From sequence record PQ066597.1: DNA of 64,000 nucleotides. One strand, written 5' to 3'. Position numbers and translations under genes: made by a program. Shown piece after piece: positions 1 through 5,768 of the stretch (its first letter is position 1; each line of letters begins with the position of its first letter). Under the pieces are notes generated by a model that saw nothing but the letters and a program-made list of their open reading frames with translations, did not search any database and was not told the DNA's origin.

Positions 1-1
1 T

Positions 2-145
2 ACTCCTTTCTATGAGATAGAAACCCCGGAAAACATGGATGTGATGAAAGAACTTGTTCAGACCATGAAATCCCATAGTTCTTCTGGTGGAGCACAGATG
101 GAAGCTCTTGTCAAGAAATTTATGTTGAAAGCTAACAAAGTTTAA
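2..145 (+). CDS. 3' end of hypothetical protein (starts before window)
   Basis: Open frame from base 2 to TAA at 143-145 (TPFYEIETPENMDVMKEL...ANKV*). Confidence 0.6.
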   Translation, partial: TPFYEIETPENMDVMKELVQTMKSHSSSGGAQMEALVKKFMLKANKV

Positions 146-147
146 AA

Positions 148-180
148 TTAAAAACCGGAGATTATAGTGTTATAATCTCC
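148..180 (+). promoter_or_regulatory. sigma70-type promoter overlapped by a palindrome
   Basis: TTAAAA-N17-TATAAT with extended TGn; GGAGATTATA (157-166)/TATAATCTCC (171-180) inverted repeat. Confidence 0.55.
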
Positions 181-206
181 TTATAAAATAACAAAAGGAA
201 AGATAA

Positions 207-431
207 ATGATTTTTATTGCTGATATTGTGGATCCGTCTGAATTTGGTGGTGCGTCTCGTACCGTTATTGACACCAAACTGATCAAAGGTCTCTCTGAGA
301 AGAACGGTGTTTCTTATATCACCTTTGATGTTCGTGGAACCGATAAGCAAAAAACGATTGCAGTCCATCAGGATTTCGAAGCAATTTTCTCATATATGCA
401 GTTTGATGAACGGATCAAACTTAGCCAGTAA
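207..431 (+). CDS. hypothetical protein
   Basis: ORF track; AAGGA RBS upstream; followed by terminator. Confidence 0.75.
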   Translation: MIFIADIVDPSEFGGASRTVIDTKLIKGLSEKNGVSYITFDVRGTDKQKTIAVHQDFEAIFSYMQFDERIKLSQ

Positions 432-442
432 AACGTATTAAC

Positions 443-475
443 ACCCCTAGCGATTTTCGTTAGGGGTTTATTTTT
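443..475 (+). terminator. rho-independent terminator
   Basis: ACCCCTA/TAGGGGT stem followed by T tract. Confidence 0.7.
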
Positions 476-488
476 GATAGGATGGTTT

Positions 489-626
489 ATGAAAGTAGTT
501 CTTAAAAATGGTCAAGAAATCGAAGCGAAAGATGTAGTAAAATCAAAATACGATCACCTTGTTGTTACTGAACGTGTTGCATTTTGGATTGATAACAAAG
601 AAATCAAAACCGTGGTTTGGTGGTGA
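489..626 (+). CDS. small hypothetical protein (45 aa)
   Basis: MKVVLKNGQEIEAKDVV...VVWW*; GGATGG RBS; abuts next ATG. Confidence 0.55.
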   Translation: MKVVLKNGQEIEAKDVVKSKYDHLVVTERVAFWIDNKEIKTVVWW

Positions 627-627
627 T

Positions 628-1617
628 ATGGGTAGTTTTAATACTGTTTGTTCTGTTAGTCGTCAAATCGTTCAAGGTGGTGATAAAGTTCGCTTGATCC
701 CAGTTGCTGGTAAACACTGTATTAGTGCTTTCCCACTTACTGCGGTGTATGACGATTATGGTGAGTTTGACATTGATGATAATCTTGCGTTAGAATGCTT
801 AATGAAAAACGTATCCATGTTTAACGATGGTGTCTCTAAAGAGAACTTAGCCCATGGATTTTATCCATACGATGAAAATCGTTGGACAATCCCAGACCTA
901 TGGAGCAAAACAAAATACGAGACTTCTTTTATTGTAGTAAAGTCTGATGTATACGATCTCGTTTCGGAGTTTGGTATTACTTGTTGGTGGGAGAAACCTG
1001 TATACGACGTTTCTGATGCAGATGACTGGCTACCGGTAACACCGGAACGAGTCGCTAGACATCTTAAAACTCTCCAAGAAAGACTGAAAGAGTTGGTCGA
1101 AGATAGTGAAGACCCAGAAGATGATATCCTTGTGAATCATGTTAAGATCATGATTGATAATGTTCATATTGGTAATGCAAAACATTATGAACTTAGCAGA
1201 TTGATTAAAACTCAAGATCAGATTAATGATTATGCTCATCACGACGATACAACTTATGCAATCTTCAAAAATATTGAAGAATTTGCAAAATTAGAAAATT
1301 TTTATGCTGGTTGTAATAACTTGGATATTGTGCTAACATCACAGGAATATGGTCGTCAGACATGCAAGCAGTTTGAAAAGGTTCGTATGATGACAAAAAT
1401 CCAGATTGTTGGGTTTAACCAAACAGAAAAAATTCAGTTGACTCCGGTTGAATGGGATGTTAAGATTCCTTACTCTATGGTTGTGGAATCAACTAAACCA
1501 AATTGGTCAAATGAAGTTGATTTGATTCGAGTTGGTGACTGTCTTGAAATTACGGACTCTAAATACAATGAGTTCAAAGAGTATAAGCACGATGATGTTT
1601 ATCTGAGTGAGAAATGA
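628..1617 (+). CDS. hypothetical protein
   Basis: ORF track 559-1617; likelier start ATG 628 (MGSFNTVCSVS), directly after the stop of the upstream ORF. Confidence 0.75.
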   Translation: MGSFNTVCSVSRQIVQGGDKVRLIPVAGKHCISAFPLTAVYDDYGEFDIDDNLALECLMKNVSMFNDGVSKENLAHGFYPYDENRWTIPDLWSKTKYETSFIVVKSDVYDLVSEFGITCWWEKPVYDVSDADDWLPVTPERVARHLKTLQERLKELVEDSEDPEDDILVNHVKIMIDNVHIGNAKHYELSRLIKTQDQINDYAHHDDTTYAIFKNIEEFAKLENFYAGCNNLDIVLTSQEYGRQTCKQFEKVRMMTKIQIVGFNQTEKIQLTPVEWDVKIPYSMVVESTKPNWSNEVDLIRVGDCLEITDSKYNEFKEYKHDDVYLSEK

Positions 1618-1861
1618 TATTATGTTTTTAGAAACAGAAAAAGTAAATTGTGCGGGAAGAATATACCCGCTAGATATCGCAAACCAAATATGTTCTGTTC
1701 AGCCTATAGACCCAGAGCCATTTCGAAAACTATATGAGCGGGCTAAAGAGAACGAACGTATTAAGATTCGGCTTTCTAAAGCTTTTATGGTCCCGGTATC
1801 AAGGATCGACGCATACTGTGTAGAAGCATATCGACTTGGTATAAAAGAAAATAAAAGTTAA
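1607..1861 (+). CDS. hypothetical protein, N-x-x-GRIYP motif reminiscent of prohead protease N-terminus
   Basis: EKVNCAGRIYP motif; function not supported. Confidence 0.55.
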   Translation: MRNDIMFLETEKVNCAGRIYPLDIANQICSVQPIDPEPFRKLYERAKENERIKIRLSKAFMVPVSRIDAYCVEAYRLGIKENKS

Positions 1862-1898
1862 ACATCCTTTCTAACTGTGATATGATGTTTATATAAAT
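1849..1898 (+). promoter_or_regulatory. tRNA promoter, copy 1 of a 50-bp perfect direct repeat
   Basis: TTAAAC-N17-TATGAT with TGn, then TATAAAT; identical to 3010-3059. Confidence 0.8.
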
Positions 1899-1900
1899 GA

Positions 1901-1993
1901 GCGTGAGTGGCGAAGTTGGTTGAAACGCATCGGACTTAAAATCCGATACTGCATAATGGCACATCGTGGGTTCGATTCCCACCTCACGCACCA
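1901..1993 (+). tRNA. trnL: tRNA-Leu (TAA)
   Basis: GCGTGAG/CTCACGC acceptor, TCGGA-cTTAAAa-TCCGA anticodon arm, long variable arm, TTCGATT T-loop, CCA. Confidence 0.95.
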
Positions 1994-2082
1994 AAATACG
2001 AGATGATAAACTCAAATTCCTTTTTGTTGAATGAGCTTTTTGGACGTTAAACGAGTTTATCATCTCACAAATTCAATATGAG

Positions 2083-2229
2083 ATGCTTAATATGAACGTA
2101 TATATCAGAAATTACATGTGTGGAGTCCTTTGGGGTAGTATCTTCAACGAAGATCACTGTAAAGGTAAATTTGTAAAGATTATGCGTGGTAAACATTTGA
2201 AGCCTTTCTATCAAAAATCGAGATATTAA
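2083..2229 (+). CDS. small hypothetical protein (48 aa)
   Basis: Open frame MLNMNVYIRNY...SRY* abutting next ATG; below ORF-track cutoff. Confidence 0.4.
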   Translation: MLNMNVYIRNYMCGVLWGSIFNEDHCKGKFVKIMRGKHLKPFYQKSRY

Positions 2230-2230
2230 A

Positions 2231-2620
2231 ATGAAAGTGAAGCTTGGGGCCTATAACCTTAATGAAAAAAGTTCATTGGTTAATACGAATGGTGTAAAAT
2301 TCATTTTGAATGAACAAGTTATAGATGAGTTTTCTAAAAAACTACCTATTCTAATCAATTTTGGTCAAAAATGTTTTAACATCGATAATGTCAGAGATAC
2401 ACCAGACCCGGTTGGTATTCTAAATTCCATAGAAACTTACAAGAAAGATAATATCATTATTGTTACTGGTGATATAGAAATAACCAATGACAAAGTGTAT
2501 GATGTTCATGGATGCCTTCCTTCTTTTTGTGTTCGGTCTCTGGCTAATGGTGACGGTGATACTTATAAAGTTATCGAGATCGTTGCGTGGGATATGGAAA
2601 TATATGAAGGTTTATCATGA
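2231..2620 (+). CDS. hypothetical protein, possible degenerate prohead-protease-like fold
   Basis: ORF track; N-x-NG and VRSL-x-NG...V-x-EIVAWD patterns. Confidence 0.6.
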   Translation: MKVKLGAYNLNEKSSLVNTNGVKFILNEQVIDEFSKKLPILINFGQKCFNIDNVRDTPDPVGILNSIETYKKDNIIIVTGDIEITNDKVYDVHGCLPSFCVRSLANGDGDTYKVIEIVAWDMEIYEGLS

Positions 2621-3015
2621 ATAAACATGATATTCATCTCATTGGTATTAGTAAGTTTATAAAGAAAGGTCTTACTGTGGTTCAATCAAGTTTGATCTTC
2701 AAACAAACCAGTGAAGAATGGAAAAATATCCATGATGTTGATGTAGACAAGATTTATTGCTATATTAACAACGAGGGAAAGGATATCTACGCAATTGGTA
2801 GACTAAAATCCTGTTGCGGACCTTGGTTGAGTGTTAGTTGTCGGTCTCTCCGTAAAAAAGGTTATATAGCATTTGACTTTAACGATGAAATTGAGATACC
2901 ATATGGTTCAGGGATGAAAACTGCTTATAGGGTATTGTTTTCTGACACCCCTAAATACGAGTATGATGAAGAAGCTAGACATCCAGTCGCTTACTTCGAA
3001 AAATACTTCAAATAA
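2617..3015 (+). CDS. hypothetical protein
   Basis: ORF track; ATGA overlap with upstream ORF. Confidence 0.7.
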   Translation: MNKHDIHLIGISKFIKKGLTVVQSSLIFKQTSEEWKNIHDVDVDKIYCYINNEGKDIYAIGRLKSCCGPWLSVSCRSLRKKGYIAFDFNDEIEIPYGSGMKTAYRVLFSDTPKYEYDEEARHPVAYFEKYFK

Positions 3016-3059
3016 AAGTTAAACATCCTTTCTAACTGTGATATGATGTTTATATAAAT
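3010..3059 (+). promoter_or_regulatory. tRNA promoter, copy 2 of the 50-bp direct repeat
   Basis: Identical to 1849-1898; immediately upstream of tRNA-Arg. Confidence 0.8.
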
Positions 3060-3060
3060 T

Positions 3061-3137
3061 GCGCTGTTAGCTCAGTTGGATAGAGCAACGTTCTTCTAAA
3101 GCGTGGGTCACTGGTTCGAATCCAGTACGGCGCACCA
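3061..3137 (+). tRNA. trnR: tRNA-Arg (TCT)
   Basis: Cloverleaf, loop CT-TCT-AA, TTCGAAT, CCA. Confidence 0.95.
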
Positions 3138-3221
3138 CGGGATGTGGTGAAATTGGCAGACACACTAGATTTAGGTTCTAGCGCCATAGGCGTGACGGTT
3201 CGAGTCCGTCCATCCCGACCA
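3138..3221 (+). tRNA. trnL: tRNA-Leu (TAG)
   Basis: CGGGATG/CATCCCG acceptor, CTAGA-TTTAGGT-TCTAG, variable arm, CCA. Confidence 0.95.
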
Positions 3222-3222
3222 A

Positions 3223-3298
3223 GCGGGTAAGGTGTTTATGGATACATGCAAGCCTTCCAAGTTTGAGTAGACCGGATCGTTACCGGCTACCCGCTCCA
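3223..3298 (+). tRNA. trnG: tRNA-Gly (TCC), atypical T-loop
   Basis: GCGGGTA/TACCCGC acceptor, loop CT-TCC-AA, T-loop ATCGTTA, CCA. Confidence 0.85.
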
Positions 3299-3309
3299 AG
3301 ATTTAAAAT

Positions 3310-3379
3310 TGATGTGTTACAGCTATCAGCTCACCGTTGAAAGAATACGGATAAGTCGGCTCGACTAAAGAACATATCA
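3310..3379 (+). ncRNA. candidate ~70-nt structured RNA between tRNA-Gly and tRNA-Ile
   Basis: TGATGTGTT/AACATATCA closing stem with two inner hairpins (CCGT/ACGG, AGTCG/CGACT). Confidence 0.45.
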
Positions 3380-3382
3380 TTT

Positions 3383-3459
3383 GGCCCCTTAGCTCAGTAG
3401 GTTAGAGCAGCCGACTCATAATCGGTTGGTCACTGGTTCGAGTCCAGTAGGGGCCACCA
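3383..3459 (+). tRNA. trnI: tRNA-Ile2 (CAT, lysidine type)
   Basis: GGCCCCT/AGGGGCC acceptor and body closely resembling enterobacterial ileX; anticodon CAT; CCA. Confidence 0.85.
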
Positions 3460-3481
3460 AATTTTTGATGAGAGCTATATT

Positions 3482-3676
3482 ATGTCTGGTATAAAATCCA
3501 TAATTGAAAATTGGTCAGTTGGTGATGGTATAATCCACTGGAAAAATGGACGCCATAGTTTAGTAGTCTTTGGGTTTGCTCCAAATGGAGAACCTGCCTT
3601 TAAGTTTAAAGGTAAGAATAAACTTACGTCAGTAAGACAGATTGAAAAATCCATAGTTAATGCATATATTCTATAG
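3482..3676 (+). CDS. hypothetical protein within tRNA cluster
   Basis: ORF track; GATGAG RBS-like sequence upstream. Confidence 0.6.
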   Translation: MSGIKSIIENWSVGDGIIHWKNGRHSLVVFGFAPNGEPAFKFKGKNKLTSVRQIEKSIVNAYIL

Positions 3677-3836
3677 TCGTAAGCTCTCACTAATTTAATG
3701 GTCGTTGACCTTACGATAATAATGAAGCGATACAGAGTCCCATCGCTTCTAAAAATATCAAAAGGGATGTTGATGCGCGTATGTAGCCGGGTTATAATGA
3801 CCAAGATTCATGAAGGGTGAAAGACCACCCTAAATA
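3677..3836 (+). ncRNA. candidate structured RNA
   Basis: Stems TCGTAAG/CTTACGA, GAAGCGAT/ATCGCTTC, AGGGTG/CACCCT; ends at CTAAATA (3830-3836). Confidence 0.35.
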
Positions 3837-3841
3837 TTCAT

Positions 3842-3919
3842 AGCGGGGTGGAGAAGTCAGGAGTTCTCACCAGACTCATTATCTGGAAATCGGTGGTTCA
3901 AATCCACCCCCCGCTTCCA
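3842..3919 (+). tRNA. trnM: tRNA-Met (CAT), initiator-like body with atypical anticodon arm
   Basis: AGCGGGG/CCCCGCT acceptor, CCAGA-CTCATTA-TCTGG, TTCAAAT, CCA. Confidence 0.85.
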
Positions 3920-3920
3920 A

Positions 3921-3997
3921 TGGCGTGTAACTCAGTAGGTTAGAGTGGCGGACTGTTAATCCGTATGTCGTGGGTTCGAATCCCACCTCGCCAGCCA
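3921..3997 (+). tRNA. trnN: tRNA-Asn (GTT)
   Basis: Cloverleaf, loop CT-GTT-AA, CCA. Confidence 0.95.
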
Positions 3998-4003
3998 AAT
4001 TCT

Positions 4004-4094
4004 GGATGTTCGGCTACGATGGCGGTGTAGCGGCGGACTGTAAATCCGTTCCCTCTGGGTAAACAAGTTGGTTCGAATCCAACAACATCCACCA
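4004..4094 (+). tRNA. trnY: tRNA-Tyr (GTA)
   Basis: GGATGTT/AACATCC acceptor, loop CT-GTA-AA, long variable arm, CCA. Confidence 0.95.
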
Positions 4095-4101
4095 AATAGA
4101 A

Positions 4102-4246
4102 GAAGTTAGAAGACGTTCTGATAAAATCCTCGGAGACGATGCCCCCTTGCGGTTTTAAACCGTTACGGATAAGCACGGGGTAATCCAAATCAACCATTAT
4201 AGGGATGTGGTCATCTGGTATGTAAAATACAGTTGATTTGGAACTT
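4102..4246 (+). ncRNA. candidate ~145-nt structured RNA
   Basis: AAGTT/AACTT closure, perfect TCCAAATCAAC/GTTGATTTGGA stem, CCCC/GGGG stem enclosing CGGTTTTAAACCG. Confidence 0.5.
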
Positions 4247-4248
4247 TT

Positions 4249-4324
4249 CGGTGATTAGCGCAGTTGGTAGCGCGTCTGGTTTGGGACCAGAGGGTCACAG
4301 GTTCGAGTCCTGTATCACCGACCA
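4249..4324 (+). tRNA. trnP: tRNA-Pro (TGG)
   Basis: CGGTGAT/ATCACCG acceptor, loop TT-TGG-GA, CCA. Confidence 0.95.
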
Positions 4325-4337
4325 CTTAGCACAAAGA

Positions 4338-4599
4338 ACGGGTAACGACGTATGCCCCGGAATAAGCCAGCCATAGAGAATCTGGATATCCTGAAACGTG
4401 CCTTTAGGTTTCAGGCGGGATTGGTAGTACAAAGACGATATGGTAACTACCCCTTGACAAGCAGGGTTGAACTTGAGGTAACTGTCCTTTACCAAACAAC
4501 GAACAGATGGACAAAATCGGTTGAACGTCCTTCCTCGATATGATAGCATGTCAACCACATTAGGATATAATCACAGTCTAACGATCCTGATTATAATCC
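4338..4599 (+). ncRNA. candidate ~260-nt structured RNA
   Basis: Five or more hairpins: CCTGAAAC/GTTTCAGG, GGTAGT/ACTACC, CCCT/AGGG, GGTTGA/TCAACC, GGATATAATCA/TGATTATAATCC. Confidence 0.45.
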
Positions 4600-4602
4600 G
4601 CT

Positions 4603-4678
4603 GCCGAATTAGCTCATCTGGTAGAGCACAGCCTTTGTAACGCTGGGGTGGTCCGTTCGAGTCGGACATTCGGCACCA
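4603..4678 (+). tRNA. trnT: tRNA-Thr (TGT)
   Basis: GCCGAAT/ATTCGGC acceptor, loop TT-TGT-AA, CCA; C.C mismatch at base of anticodon loop. Confidence 0.9.
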
Positions 4679-4684
4679 AATTTT

Positions 4685-5165
4685 GGATTCTCGTCAATAG
4701 TCCGGTCTATGAGAATCGACGCTTTAAGTAGCCCACCGGTATTTGTAAAAAATCTAGTGAAAGCTAGAAAATAAAAACCGAACCCCGACCTCTCCCATTA
4801 CTCGAATGGTGATGTAGGTTCCTTCCCTGTAATAAGGTTCTAGTCCGTGACGGGTAAAAGGTTACATAGGGAGTATTGCTTGTGAATGACCACTGATTCA
4901 AGCCATCACATAAGCGCGTCCGTTATGACGTTAAATATAAGGCTTAGATTCCCATAAGGGCCTAAGCGTAAAAGTAACGAGCAAGACCGTTTTGCAGGCG
5001 TAGCCCATTGGGGTGATGATGTTTGTATGTTGGGCTCGGATAGCCAATGCTATTAAGTCCGGTGATGGTGCGACCGGATCGATTTACGGAACCACATCAA
5101 CAAGTATGTGCCTTGGTGGTTCGACCTGCTTTGCAGCCGCACATGAAGCTAAAACTTAAAAAGAG
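4685..5165 (+). ncRNA. candidate large ornate ncRNA (~480 nt)
   Basis: No ORF >=60 aa in the track; more than 10 local hairpins, long-range TTTAAGT-AGC/GCT-ACTTAAA and CATCAC/GTGATG helices, pseudoknot. Confidence 0.65.
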
Positions 5166-5302
5166 AGGTTGTATATGTCACCGCTAAACGCAAGCCGTTA
5201 GGACGTAAAGGTAAAAATAGTGTTTTTGTAAATGGTTATACCAATAATGGTATTCCGGTTTTATGTAATGTATTTTATCAGTTTGAAACAAATGGTATTC
5301 CA

Positions 5303-5497
5303 TTGGATATTCTGATAGAGAAATTTTATAATTCCGGTTATATTATTGATTGGGTTTCTTTCGTTAATGATGCTTTCAAGATCGGATGGAAGAAAGAAAC
5401 TGTAATAAAAAAGATAAAGTATGCATTTGATGATATTGAGATAAATGATTCAAATGAAATACTAAACCGTGTGATTAAATACATAGAAAGCCTGTAA
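5303..5497 (+). CDS. hypothetical protein (YQFETNGIPLD motif); true start probably upstream
   Basis: Frame open from 5153; RBS+ATG at 5175 is out of frame (see findings). Confidence 0.6.
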   Translation: MDILIEKFYNSGYIIDWVSFVNDAFKIGWKKETVIKKIKYAFDDIEINDSNEILNRVIKYIESL

Positions 5498-5507
5498 GGA
5501 ATGATAT

Positions 5508-5759
5508 ATGGGTAAGACATTTCGTCGTAAAAATGAAAAACATCTGGACAGTTGGTATGGTGATGAACTTAAAGTGAATCGGGATCTGGGAGATAAATAT
5601 CCTAGTTATCCAGAATCGGGTGTCAAAGATCGTTATAATACATTGAGTCGTCAGCGAGATCGTAAATTGAAACATGATATCATGCACGGTAATCACGATG
5701 TTTTTGTTGATGATGATTACGAAATGAAAAAGGCTAACGCCGGTTATCAATATAGTTAA
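5508..5759 (+). CDS. T4-like hypothetical protein (MGKT-x-RRK...YQYS)
   Basis: AAGGA RBS; N- and C-terminal patterns recalled from a T4-type hypothetical family. Confidence 0.7.
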   Translation: MGKTFRRKNEKHLDSWYGDELKVNRDLGDKYPSYPESGVKDRYNTLSRQRDRKLKHDIMHGNHDVFVDDDYEMKKANAGYQYS

Positions 5760-5768
5760 GATTTTAAA

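Noticed and set aside
4352-4543. 63-aa ORF MPRNKPAIENL in the tRNA cluster
   Set aside because: No clear RBS, and the region is better explained by stacked RNA hairpins; not excluded entirely.
4685-5220. tmRNA, RNase P RNA or group I intron identity for the large RNA
   Set aside because: No tRNA-Ala-like 5'/3' ends with CCA, no GAGGAAAGUCC-type RNase P signature, and no interrupted gene or recognisable P7 core seen by eye.
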